Positions 1 through 12,862 of a stretch of 64,000 bases of DNA are shown here, piece by piece (within the stretch, counting starts at the first letter, position 1; every line of letters begins with the position of its first letter). The notes beneath the pieces were generated by a model, which was given only the letters and a program-made list of their open reading frames with translations, was not told the DNA's origin and made no database searches. The position numbers and the translations under genes are program-made. Origin of the DNA: Amphiscolops sp. MND2022 (taxonomy: Eukaryota). The stretch covers positions 96,722,001 to 96,786,000 of the forward strand of contig OZ076409.1 of the NCBI GenBank assembly GCA_964187785.1, given 5' to 3'.

Positions 1-602
1 ATGATCTACTTGTTCAATAGGAATAGTTTCCATGGGATCTTGAGAGTTTGAAGATGAGTTATTATCTTCGTTAACATTTTGTTGAATAGTTATATTCAAA
101 GGGGATGCAAGCAATTCAGAGGGGTTGGAATTAACTACATCAATTTCGGGCAAGGATTCGATTATTGAGACTTGCGTGTTTTGTAGAGCTAAAATAATGA
201 TTATAACGTTTGATTATACTGTTTCTAATAATAAGGAAAATTTTTGTTATGTCTTTTCTATCCATTGAATTGTTTGTTAAAAATGAAGTTTAAATTGTAC
301 TTACAATATGAGAATAACTGAGTCAATTGTGGGTTGAAAACATCAACAATCACAGTGGCATCTATTCCAGGAATAGAAACTTCTGTAATTTCGGTCTTTT
401 AGATGGACTGAAGATCCAGTTGAAGTCTTCTGGTTGAGAGTTGAGTTGTGATAGGCAAGTGAATTTTTAGCTGAGTTGAAAAGGAGAGACTGGTCCGAGT
501 GAGAATTTGGGTTTGAATGAAAGTTAAACTGAGGAGAATTTTGTTGATAAGTTTTTGAACTTTTTCTGAGGTTAATTTGTTTATTTGGTTATTGCTTTTT
601 AG

Positions 603-3180
603 CTAGGAGGGATTAAATTTTATAAAGACTTTAGCAGGACTTTCCGGTACAGCTATTACATTTGATAATATTGGGTCATAGTCCTGAGAGTTAATATCGT
701 TGACATTAGTTGGGTGTGTCTTTTGTGGTGATTGAAATGTTGAATTCTTACTGGAATATTTAGGAGGTAAATAAGGGGAGTCATTATCAGAGTATCTTCG
801 TTTATTGTTTAATTCTTTTTCCGGCAATAGGATATTATCATTTTCACTTGTTGTAATTTTGTGTTTAGTATATATCCGTTTTCGTTTTCCTGTATTGTTT
901 AAATCGGTTACCATTTCCGATGTAACTATATTAAAAAATCCATGGGCTATTGAACTCAAAATGGAAATGTTGCTTTGGAGATTATATTTTATGCTAATTG
1001 TTCTGTAGAATTTGAGTAAAAATGTTAAAACTTCTCTATTGAAAAGAAATGTTGAAAAATAAATTCCACATTGTGTTAAAACATAACATGGATATCCAAA
1101 GAAATTAATGCATGCTTGACCGAACCAGTCAGGGTTGAAAAGTGGTAAGAGGTTTTTTAACAAGTGGTCATGTACTCCAATCCTAAAATGATTATAAGGA
1201 TTATGCCCTGAGTAGGAATGTTTATCATTATGCACTGTGATGAAATCATAGCTTAATGATTTTCCAAGTAATTGAAGAATTGTGTCTGAATGTTTAGCGA
1301 ATAATACTCTGTTCCACAATTGATCTAATTCTGCATTTGAGTATATACCGGCATGTTGGGCGGTAAAAATATTAGGAGTGATTGTTGTTTTAAGTTGGGT
1401 AGGTTTAAACATTTGTGGTGCTTCTCGTTTGAGTGGTTCTGGTGTTAACACATAAAAATCTCCGTCGTTAGAATCTGGGTCTAATTCGATTATATTTTGT
1501 GGGTTTTTTCCACATTCAATTGGTGTTGCATAGTTAAAAGTTTGTCTTGTTATAGGATCAACATATATTATAGTTTCTCTGTAGTGTATGGGAATTCTAT
1601 CAAAGCTTTTATCTGCCTTGTATAGTGGTGATATAAAATGAGGGCAATCATACAGCCATGCTGTAGATCCTTCAACGTAGAGAAAGTTACTACGAATTCC
1701 AGTTGAAAGAAAACCGGCTAATTGAGGATTTTTAATTGACATAGCTAAGATTGTTAACAATTGAGTTCTTTCCAGTTCACATATTGTATGAAGGGTGTTT
1801 AGTTCTTGTACTGTCTTGGAATTAAATACATGATTTATTGTGAAATCAATTTTTGTATAAATGTGGGCATCATAATCTAAAGTGGCGAAATTGTTTGATA
1901 TATTCAATGCAGGGAATATATACCTTTTAATTGAGTCATCATATTTTATGTTTCCACTAATTGTTTGATCAATTATTGAGTGTGGTTTTGGTAGTCCTGT
2001 GTTCATATCAAAACCATCTAAGTATGTAACAAAGATGTCATCATATTGTGTTGAGAATAATGGTTCAGGTTTTCCACAAAAGGTTTGTGCAATTGGGTAT
2101 ATTTCAAATCGAGAAAGGCTTGGATTGCTTACTTTTGATTGTGGTGTTTTCACATTAGGATATCTTGTTCCTTGTATTCCTTCGGTTTGAAGTTTTTGTG
2201 TGATGTTTGAAGTTTCAATGAAGGTATCGGTTTCTATCCAATATCTATCTTTGATTCGTGCCATTCTACCAATGAATTCTTGAAGTTGAAATATGAGGCA
2301 AAATTTTTCATCAAACAATGTTAATATATATGGAGTTTTGTCGTTGGTTTACAAAATCCGTCTGAATGATAGCATGGTAATATGTGTCCGTCATGTATTA
2401 ATTGATTGTTTTTATCATTATAATCTATTGCGGTGTTAATAATTCTAAGTTTCCAACTTTGTCGGGTAATTAAATGTTCTCGGTCGGATCTACATCGGGA
2501 GTATGTATTTTGTGTAACATTATATATCCAGTCGGGATAATTTTCATCGAATACAAAGGTTCCAATATGCCATGTGTTTAACTTTTTTACTCTAAATGGT
2601 GTTTGAATTCGTTCGATTGTGTTTTGATAGTTACTATCGTCGAACAATGAGAAAGAGCTTTGTATATTGTAATTGTTTAGTTCTTCGCTATCAGTCGCGT
2701 TTAAATATCTGATCGTGTTTTTGCATTCAATAGGGTCTAATTTTTTTGGAAGTTCTAATGTGTTTTTCCCCATTGTAAACGATCATATCGTCTACTAGAT
2801 GTGAATGTTTGTGAACACCAGACCTTTTCAGTCTTTATATATGCTTCGCATTTAAAGGCTATTATTCTTTTGGCTTTTGCTCTATCATAAACTGTTGCTT
2901 GGGTTTTTGTGTGTTTTATATCTGAGGGTGCTTGTTTACATGGTTCAACATTTAATAAACTGAATTGTCTTAAGTTGTTTTGTTTTGCACAATCATAATG
3001 GGATACCATTAAGTTTAAAATGTTAGGGTCTTGGTCTAAAATATGATTTTCGGAATTGGTTGTGTCAACTTTAGGAACAGTTGAAGAGTGAACTAAAGAG
3101 TGAACTATGTGTATTATATATATGTATTTAACAACATGTATTATGTAAACTAGGTATAGGTTAAAGGTTGTTTGATTCAT
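603..3180 (-). pseudogene. env: env-like viral glycoprotein, chuvirus/gB-like class III type, broken by frameshifts near 2760 and 2320
   Basis: Three abutting ORFs (2755-3180, 2321-2773, 603-2318). Hydrophobic N-terminus; HYDC..FSLLNVEPC..FKCEAY..VWC; ICELERTQL..NPQLAG..LYDCP..DRIPI..VDPITR..TPIEC; hydrophobic C-terminal segment (FFGYPCYVLTQCGIYFSTFLF). Confidence 0.8.
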
Positions 3181-3385
3181 GGTTAAAATATTGGTTAAAA
3201 TATTGTTCTATAGTTAAGTCCGGAGTAGGGATTGAAGAAGTTTATATGTCCTGTTCTAATCTCAGGTAATTTTGCGTCACAAAGGTAAGAAATGGATGTG
3301 ACTATGAATGGTGATGGGGTTGTTTTGTGTGCTACTCTTGTTGAAAGAGAGAATGGATGAGGTCCTAACGAGTTGAATGTGACTT

Positions 3386-4660
3386 CTATTTCAAATTTTC
3401 AATTTTTAATGTGAGTTGTTGTTCTTGTTGTCTTCGTAATTCTCTTTGTTTTCTTTGGGTTGAGAGTGAGCTATTGTTTATAAATCTTGCAGGTAATACT
3501 GTGTATCGAGGATCTTCGTTAAGCGTACGAACAATTTTTGAATTAACACGGATGGGATATTCGTGAGGGTTTGGTGTTGGAGATCTTGAGAAATCTTCTA
3601 AAAAAGATTCAGGTAATTGTATAGAAGAGTTTGATGCTATTGAACTAGGTGAATAAACTCGTGAAAAAGTAGCTGCGCTATCTGATATAGTAATTGGGTC
3701 TTCAGAAAGATGAGAAGCGGTTTCAAATCCTGATGTGATTTGAAATGGTAGTGATAAAGAAGATCGTATAGTGGGTTGGGATGAGGAAAGAGAAGAAGTG
3801 TCTAATCTGGGTTGGGCGTGCTGTCTAAGTAATCTTGAGTTTGTACTTGAACTAGTTAAAGATTGTAATTCCTGAGAATTTCTTTGTTGTTGAGATCGAA
3901 GGTTATAATTATGTCTTGGTACTCTAGTACTAGCAGTTGAGTCAGAATCTTTATCTTTATGATATAAATCTGTTAAAGAAGAGGTAGTGGTTGAATGTAC
4001 ACGTTCTAATTCATGTTTGGGATATATTTGAGAAAATGTGAATGAACTTAGTTCAGATGGTGAAGGAATTGGGTGTTGTTGTGATTTCTTCACTGGTGCC
4101 TTCAAAGAAGGTTCTGGTAAGAATGTTATTGTAGTATGACTTGATGATGGTAAGTTAAGGTCTTGTGGTAATGTAGGTAAAGGAGTTTTTCTTATTGTTT
4201 TTGTTGCGGTTGGTACTTTATGTGGACAAGAATTTATGTATTGTAGAACTGAGCTGGGATCAAGGATATGAACAGAACGTGTGGTAGTAATTGATGGAAG
4301 AGGAGGTCTATTCAAAATATTTGAAGTATCTGCTGTATTTGGTGTTGTAAGTGTTTCATCATTAGAGTCAGAAACTGGTGAACTTGTTTCTGCAAATGTT
4401 AGATTTTGTGAAATAGGTTGTGATTGAGTTGGTTTTACTAGTGTTTGAGTTTGGGTTATAGGTGTATTAGTAGGTGTTGTTGGTACTCTATCAAGAGTAT
4501 ATGGAGCGGATGGACTGGGGTTTGAGGATGAGGAATCCAGTATGTCTGTATCTGAGTTTAAATATGCTGTATATTCAGGTAATCTTTGGAGTGAATGTGT
4601 TGAACTAGAAGATGAATTATTTGTGGTTGATGATGGTGAGTGAATATGTCTATCAATTTT
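3386..4660 (-). CDS. Ser/Thr/Pro-rich accessory ORF between pol and env
   Basis: ORF 3386-4315 stays open upstream to about 4660 (DRHIHSPSSTTNNSS...). Low complexity; contains a HNYNLRS motif like those in Gypsy tails. Confidence 0.5.
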   Translation of the reverse strand, partial: KIDRHIHSPSSTTNNSSSSSTHSLQRLPEYTAYLNSDTDILDSSSSNPSPSAPYTLDRVPTTPTNTPITQTQTLVKPTQSQPISQNLTFAETSSPVSDSNDETLTTPNTADTSNILNRPPLPSITTTRSVHILDPSSVLQYINSCPHKVPTATKTIRKTPLPTLPQDLNLPSSSHTTITFLPEPSLKAPVKKSQQHPIPSPSELSSFTFSQIYPKHELERVHSTTTSSLTDLYHKDKDSDSTASTRVPRHNYNLRSQQQRNSQELQSLTSSSTNSRLLRQHAQPRLDTSSLSSSQPTIRSSLSLPFQITSGFETASHLSEDPITISDSAATFSRVYSPSSIASNSSIQLPESFLEDFSRSPTPNPHEYPIRVNSKIVRTLNEDPRYTVLPARFINNSSLSTQRKQRELRRQQEQQLTLKIENLK

Positions 4661-4821
4661 GAAATCTTTTGTGTTATGGTAGTTTGTTTCAATTTATAAA
4701 TTAGTTATTTTTATATCAATTAGAATTTCTTTCTTTTATTATCACTTGTGAAATATTTTTCATTCAATTTCGCAATACGCTTCAAACTTTCTTTCTTTCT
4801 TTCAAATTGTTTTTCTGTATT

Positions 4822-7800
4822 TCAGCAGGATTTTGGAGAAAGTGGACTTATATCCTTTTCACCAAGGAAAAGTCGATAGTCTTTTCTTGGTTGTGGGCGG
4901 AAATTGTATCTATTATAGGAGTGTCTTCGGGGGTTAATAAAATTATCATAGTCATGAATGTCTGATTGGTTATCTGAGTTGGTATTTTGAGAATTTTGGT
5001 CCATTTGTTGGTACGGAAATGAAGAATATTGACTAAATGATTCCGGTTGGAAGTTGATTATGGATGGTATATCCGTTTCTTTCTTAAATGTTGTGGAAGA
5101 AATTTGATCTTCGTCACTGAATTGGTTTTCATCGGAATTAATTATTTGATCGTTTTTATTCGAATAATTATCATTGAATAAATGAGGATTATACTGTTGT
5201 AGGAAAGGAAAAATATTTGGTTCTTTTGCATAGTAAGGAATTAAATGATTTCTGTGTATGTGAGGTGTGTAACCATCTTGATTAACAATTTTATATGTTA
5301 TATTGGAAATTTCGGTAATTATTTTGAATGGTCCAATTCTGAGAGGTTTTAATTTGTCGGAAAAATGAACATGGAGAAAATTTTTCTTAGTACAAATGTA
5401 CCAATGTCCAAGGGTCTCGGATTGTGGTATGTTTTGTTAAAATAAGCGTAAGAATTGATTTTTCTTTTTGTGTTTTCAAATACTGTGTGGTATATTTGTA
5501 TCATAGCAGTTTCAGTGGCTAAGATCCATTGTGGAATCGGTTTAGATAAAATTTTATGGAAGAAGGGGTTTAGATTTGATTTGTCATAGTGTGTATGAAG
5601 TGATAATTCTTGACAATATTGGGAAGTACAATTTCTATATGTATCTCTTTAGAGATTGAGTTCAAAGATGATTGGAATTCTGGGTAAAGTATGAAATACT
5701 ATTTCATATAGAGATAAGTTCATTTCAGAAAGTGGTTGGGAATTATGTGCATAAGCATACATATGAACTTGAGTAGACCAGTTTTCTGGAGTGTTATGTA
5801 AGAAAAGTCTGAGATGAGTTCCAAGATTTCTGTTTTGATTTTCAACTAGACCATTAGTCCATGGTGCATAAGGAGTTCTTGGTGAATGTCTAATTCCCAT
5901 TGTGGTACAAAGGTTTGCAAATTCAAAATTAATGTATTCTGTTCCACGGTCGGTAACTAGGTGTACAGGAGGTCCAAATTTTGTTATCCAATGATGTAGT
6001 AAGGAGTTAAGAGCGTTTTGAGCATTATTTTGTTTTATAGGTACTGTTACTACAAAGTGACTAAAAGCGTCTACTATAACATGAATGTATGAGTTTTGAT
6101 TTGATGGTGGGTTTATAGGTCCTTTTGTATCCATTGATATTCGGTAATTAAAATATGAAGCATTTTCTGAGAATGTTTGTATGGATGCAGTTTGTATTTT
6201 TTGGTTATTATGTTTATTTTGTTGACATTCTATACAATCATGGATGAATATTGACATCCATTTATTCAAATATGTTATGAAGTAAAATTGGTTGAAAGCT
6301 TTGATGGATATTTTTATTCCTGAGTGTCCGTGAGCATGCAGTTTGGTAAAAACTGCGTGGAAGAGTTTAAATGGTAGACATATTTTGTCTCTTTGATTCG
6401 GATTTGAATCGTTCGTGAAAGCATATCTGCTACAGTTAAGTTTTTTCCAGGGGTATGAATGATTTTTAGTTTGGAGAATTTGGTTAATTGCATTTGTGCT
6501 CTATAGAATCTAGGACTAAGATTTCCTTTCTTTGCGAAACAATGTAGTAGAGGTTTGTGATCTGTGAAGATGTATATTGGATGAGGAGATCCAATGATCA
6601 AAAATTCATATGTTTGTAATGCGTAAACTATTGCAAGAAGTTCTCTGTCTAAAGTTGAAAGTTTTTGTTCTTGTGTGTTAAGAATTCTGGAGTTATAAGA
6701 GATTACTTTCATCTTATTTTCTTCTTTCATTTGGAATAAGACTGCGCCTAAACCAACTAACGAAGCGTCTACTGTTATGAAAAATGGATGCGTTGTATTG
6801 GGTATTGTTAATTCAGTGTCTGCTGTTCTTGCATTTTTTACATTTTGGAGTATTTTTTCCAATTCAGGTGTCCATTGAAATTTAACATCATCATGTAGTA
6901 ATGTATACAATAGTTTAAGGTGTTTATGAAGTTTTTCAAGGAATTTTGAATAGAAGTTAACACTGCCAAGAAATTGCATAACATCTTTCTTTTCTTTTGG
7001 TGATGGAATTCTTTTAATGGCGTCGAATTTGGATGGAATTGGTTTAATTGTGTTGTTACCAATTTCATCATGTCCAAGGAATTTTACTTTGAGTAACATG
7101 TAGAATGATTTTTCGGGTGCAAGTTTGAGATTTTCTCGAGATGCTATTGTATGTAATTCTTTTATAAGTTCGAACATTTCTTGTTTTTCATTTGCGAGTA
7201 ATAAAATATCATCTATATAAACTAACGCAGAACGTTTGTCTATAAGTGATCTAAAGAAAGTTGACATTTGTTTTGTGAAAAAGTTTGGAAGTCCCTTTAA
7301 TCCATAAACCCCCACGGATAAAGGAGTATAGTTTGTCACCGGATGAAAATCCTGTAAGTTTGATCGTTTCTTCGTCTAATGGTGTATGAGCATAGGCATA
7401 CATTAGATCAATAGTTGATTTATATTTTTTATTGGCTCTAGCTAATTGAGGAGCTAAAGGTTCAATGGGCCAAGATTCAAGTTCTTGGTTGGTGTTTGAG
7501 TTTAGATGTCTTGCGTCTAAGACAACTTTTATTGCGTCTTCTTTTGGGATAATAATTAAAGGGTTTAAAAATGTTGTTCCAATTGTGTGTTTTTTATCTG
7601 AGGTGGAACCAATTTGTTTTATTATATTGTATTTTTCGAGTTCTAGTAAAAGTTTATTTAGTCTATCTCTATAGTGAATTGGTACTTTAGAAGGTCTTTG
7701 TGTTTGAAGTTAACAGTTATTCTTTATTCTAATTCGAAAGGGAGTAGAAATTTTTCTTACGTCGTTCTCATGTTTGGCGTAACAATTTTGATTATCAATC

Positions 7801-8960
7801 AAAATATTGCAGAGGTTTACGTATTCTGTGTCTGTTAAATCTGAGTATTCAAACTTAAACTTTTTTATGAATTGTTTGTTTTCTGTAGAATCTGGTAATG
7901 GAGGAAAATCTTTTCGAATTTTATCTGAGGGTCGAAATTTTCCAGTAACAGAAGGTATAGGAAGTTGAAGTGTTTTGTCGTTGATTTCCATTTTGTTAAT
8001 TTCTAATAGGGATTGTGGTGTTACCCTAGTACATAAGTTCATATTTGCATATGGATTTTGTTTAATTGGAGTTGTGATATCAGGATGATACGCATGTATT
8101 ACGGAGTGAATAAGTGAATTTACATCATTAAATCTATAGTGAGGAGGAGTTGTTTGAGTAATAGGTATCTCTATGTATCCAATGATTCCTCGTGGATATG
8201 TGGCTGGGTAAGATGTAAAGTTTTGAATTATAGTTGCACAAGAGTCTTTACTTTTTTCATTGACTATCATATCCAAGAAATGAAAGATATCTTTAAATTT
8301 TTGTAAGAAGTATGTATATGGGTTTGTTGGATAAAATTTCGTATTGTCTTCAAGTTCAAAATGTAGATTTGAATAGTTTTTGATTGGGAAATGTATGGTT
8401 TTTCCTGACCTTGGTTTAAAATGAATTGGTTCTTTACATTTAATAGTATAAATGTAAGAAATATATGGGTAATCTTTTTCTGTAAATGTGGAAAATGTTG
8501 TTTTTGTTAGAAGCTTTGGATGTTATTTCTATGTAAGTCCTAATATTTTGTTGAAAATCGTTATTTTGGATGTGTTTTTTGAAAAAGGGTGTCCCAAGAA
8601 TGTTGTATTTGATATTGGCTACAGCGAAATCGATATTAAAGGATCGCGTTTGATGGTTTACTTCAGTAAAACAGGTCATCGAAATATAGTGTATTATTGG
8701 TACTTCAGTTTGGTTTGCAACTGTAAGAGTTTTGGCTCTTTTGTTTTGAAGATTGGTTGGAACATTGATGTTTAATTGTTTGGAAATTACATGAAATGTT
8801 GGTAAATTCAAAACAGATATGGATGCTCCAGTATCTAAGAGGAATAAGATTTCTAATTTCGAAGGTAATATGTTATCATTTGTTTCAGAAGCGTGAACAT
8901 ATAGTGGATAAAACCAACTATAAGGAGTGATTGTATTAGCTATTTCAAATATTTGACAGG
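4822..8960 (-). pseudogene. pol: Gypsy pol (protease, RT, RNase H, integrase), fragmented
   Basis: LLDTGASI protease motif near 8830; LVYIDDILL (RT); ITVDASLVGLGAVL..FTDHKPL..ADMLSR (RNase H); HGH..CIEC, DTKGP, DRGTEY, ENQNR (integrase); IGPFKI near 5330. Confidence 0.92.
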
Positions 8961-9017
8961 TGTGGATTTCAAATTTTGTACTATCATTGTCTTTTGTAGA
9001 TTTAACGTCTACTTGAT

Positions 9018-12000
9018 TTATTCTGTTTTGTTGTCTGTTTCGTGAGGGTGTTCTAGATCGTGATTTAAAATCTCTAGGTCTTGAAGGAGATCTATATGGA
9101 TAATTATATCGTTTAAAGGAGTTTCCTTGTGATTGAGAACGAGATCTGTATCTTGAGCGAGAGTTATATCTGTAATTTGAGTTTTTTCTGTATGGAGATC
9201 TAAATGGAGATCTAGATGGAGTTCTTCTTTGATAATAATTATCAAAGCGAGATCTGTATGGACTTCGAGATCGGTTGTAATATCTTTGTCGTGAATTTGA
9301 TCTATAGTTGTTTTGCGAATATTCTCTAATATTGCTACGATATCTATCAATATTTCGGTATCTATCGTTATAGTAATTTTGATTATATTTGTTACGATCA
9401 TTATCTGAGGAGTAAGTATTTGTATTGTCATTTCGAGTTTCTTGTGAGTTATTAGGTTTACTGCAAAAATATTGTAGAAAAGATTGTTGAGGAGTTCGTG
9501 ATCTTTGGTTATTGTATTTTTGGTATTCATCATCACGTTGTTTTTGATAACAGTTTGAAATACTATGATTATTTTTGTGACAAAAGGAACAATATTATTT
9601 TTAAGCTGGTTTGCTTTTGTTATTTGGGTCTCCAGATTGAGTAACCATTATATGATCTTCATGTTCAAATTCTTTTTTGTTAGTATCATCTTCAAGCGAT
9701 ACTTTGTTTATTTCTAGAGCTAAGTTGTTAGTTCTAATTTTTTCATTAGCAATATCTTCAGAATCGACATGTCTAACAAGTGTGTGAAATGGTATTGAAG
9801 GTTCAAGTAATGTCGATACATGTTTAACTTGTCGTTTATGGGCAAAATCTTTTAATTTTTTGGGTAATCTTTTCGTAAACATTTCAGTATTTTTGAGGTT
9901 TATGGTAGCTGCATTTTCAATACACCATCCCTTTTTAACTAATTGTTGTACTCTAAGGGCGAAGTGGTGTACTGTTTCATTATCTTTTTTCATGAAAGAC
10001 ATAGCTTCTACTTGGGCGTAGTAAGCTGTTTTTTGAGATGCAAATTGTTTTTTGAATAATTGTACAAAGGAGTTCCATTGTTGTTTATATGATATATGAA
10101 GGTTAGTATACCAATCGAGAGCTGTTCCTGTTAATGAACATTGTATGTAAACCATGCGTCTGTTATGCCAAGATTTGTATTTTATAGGATTATTCTGAGG
10201 TTCTTCACCTATGGCGAAGGTTAATCTAGCTTCGACTTGTTGTAGATATTATTCTGGGGTATAAGAATGGTCTAAACCATCAAAAGGTTTTATAGGTTCT
10301 GGTATTGAAGCGGACATGTTCATAAAGGTATCTTGTGGCATTGGTAAGTACTTCAGTGGAGGAGCTAATTGTTGTGTGAGTTGAGGAGGTATATGTTGAG
10401 TTGTATTTTGTGGTAATGGATTTGGATTTAAATTAGGATTTGGATTTGGATGCATTTGATACAAAGGATCAGTAGGTATATGTGTAAGTGGAGGGTTTTG
10501 AAGTCTCCTTTGAGAAGATTGTGTGGTATGAGAATAAGAAGTTGAAGGATACGAAGTTCCTTGATTTTGAGAATATATATTCTCTGAAGTACTTGTATGT
10601 GATAATTGTATGAAAGGGTTTTGTGTTATTGAAGTTGTATTAAATTGAGAGTGACTTTGGATGATATTTGTATTGGTATTTGTATTTGATGGAGGATAAA
10701 AGTTATAATTAAATGTATCGTAATATTGATTGGAAGTTTGGGGATTATCATTACAATTGTTGTTTGAAGAAATCGATCTATCTGAGTGGAAAGCAGAAGG
10801 AATTGATGGAGGATCATATCTAGGTCGAGTAATGTATCTTGTAGAATCTGGAATAGTTCTCGTTGGAGATGCAACAAAAACAGAAGTATTCTGAGCATTA
10901 GATGTGGTCAGAATATCATTATGTAATGTGTCATGGGTTTCGTCGTGTGTTGTTTCAACTGTATATGGAAGGTTGAAAGTTATATTACGGTTTGGAGATG
11001 TGTCTAAATGAGATTGAGGACTATGTGTATTTTGTCTCTGATTCACAACTTTAGTTGGAACTCTAAAGGGTTGAGTGTGTGTTGATGTTGATGTTCCTGC
11101 TTGTGATGCATTTTGTGTTGAAATTGTAGATTCTTGAGTAGTAAACTCATTATCATTATAGTTTTCATTTTGATTTTGTTGTTGGAGTGTATTTTCATTA
11201 TTGGTAGTATCATCTTCAGTATAGTTATTAAAGTTAAAATGTAAGTTTTGCTGAACTTCAGAATTTTGTTCATAGTGATAAGGTCTATTGTCTGCAAATA
11301 GGTCATTTTCTGTAATTAATAGAGGATCGAAACGTATGTAATCTAAGGTTTGTTTTGTAATCAATTGTGGTTTATGAAAGTAAGGATGTTCATTTTTTTC
11401 ACTGATGATGAATGGTAAACATTCTTCTAATGTAAAATGATTTGGAAATGCTGTAAAAGCAGATTGATCTTGTTGTGACCATAATAGTTCTTGTTGGAGA
11501 TGCAACATTAACAGAAGTATTCTGAGCACTAGATGTAGTCAGAATATCATCCTGTAATGTATCATGGGTTTCATCGTGTATGTCATCTGTATGTGGAAGG
11601 TTAAAAGTTATATTACGGTTTGGAGATGTATCTAAGTGAGATTGAGGACTATGTGTAGTTTGTCTTTGGTTTACAATTCTAGTGGGAATTCTAAAGGATT
11701 GAGTATGTACTGATGTTGATGTCCCTGTTTGTGATGGATTATGTGTTGAAATTGTAGATTCTTGGGTAGTAAACTCATTATCGTTATAGTTTTCAGGTTG
11801 ATTTTGTTGTTGGGTTGTATTTTCCTGATCGGTGTTATCATCTTCAGTAGAGTTGTTAGTGTTAAAATGTAAATTTTGTTGATCTTGAGAATTTTGTTCA
11901 TAGTGGTAAGGTCTATTGTCTGCGAATAGATCATTTTTTGTAATTAATAGAGGATCGAAACGTATGTAATCTAAGGTTTGTTTTGTAATCAATTGTGGTT

Positions 12001-12862
12001 TATGGAAATAAGGATGTTCATTTTGTTCACTGATGATGAATGGTAAACATTCGTCGACTGTAAAATGCTTAGGAAATGCTGTAAAAGCAGGTTGATCTTG
12101 TTGTGACCATAATAGTTGATAATTAAATCTGAAGTATTTTCTGAGAAATAAAGATATTACTTTGATCTGAGGAATTGTTTGGTCATTTAATGTTAAGTCT
12201 TTGAAACAATGGTAGAGGAAATTTTGTATTCGTAATATATCAGTTTGTAACCAATGATGAGGATTGTCTTCAGGATTAACTAATCTTTCAATAATTTCTA
12301 CGTCGAAATTGTTTATATATCGTTCAAGTTCGTCGAGTGCATTTGGACTAAGTTTTGGAATTTCATGTGCTAGGTTGTGGTCTTTCACATTGTTTAAAAA
12401 AGCATGAAAAAAATGTTTACTAGGAACTTGGAGGTTTATTGGGTTTATTGTTCTTCTGTATATATGAGATGAATTAGGTCTTTGTTGAGGAAAGGAGATT
12501 TGAAAAGCTGGGTATTCTGCAGTGATAGTTAAAACTTTGTATCTAATATAGAAGAGGTATGTGTCCAAATTTTCTCTGATAAGAGGTATTGTTTCAATTG
12601 TATGAGGTTCATTTTCACATGGGAGTGGTTGTGTATAATGTGAAATAATGTTTTGTAGGAATGGGTTTAGTTCTAAGTTTACAACTTTTGCATTTTTAAT
12701 GACGGGAGTTTGAAAAGGTAGAAAGGTTGTTATTGAGGAGTTCATTTTTAAAGTTAATCTCTTATCACTGTAAGTATTTTTTTCAAAGAGAACACAAACT
12801 ATAAATAAGACACAAAACGTGTATGTTGTAATGAGCACTACTGTGGTAACTTTTTCCCACAT
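9018..12862 (-). pseudogene. gag: Gypsy gag with long N-terminal extension, CCHC knuckle and Arg/Ser-rich tail, fragmented
   Basis: KPFDGLD..IQCSLTGTALDWY..FKKQF capsid motifs. CSFCHKNNHSISNC knuckle read on the minus strand at about 9545-9595. Confidence 0.85.
10855..12117. repeat. Diverged tandem duplication (~630-bp units) inside gag
   Basis: 10855-11489 and 11490-12117 share tggagatgcaaca..cagaagtattctgagca at their starts and ttgtgaccataatagtt at their ends. The translations repeat (WSQQDQ..SPTRTI). Confidence 0.9.
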
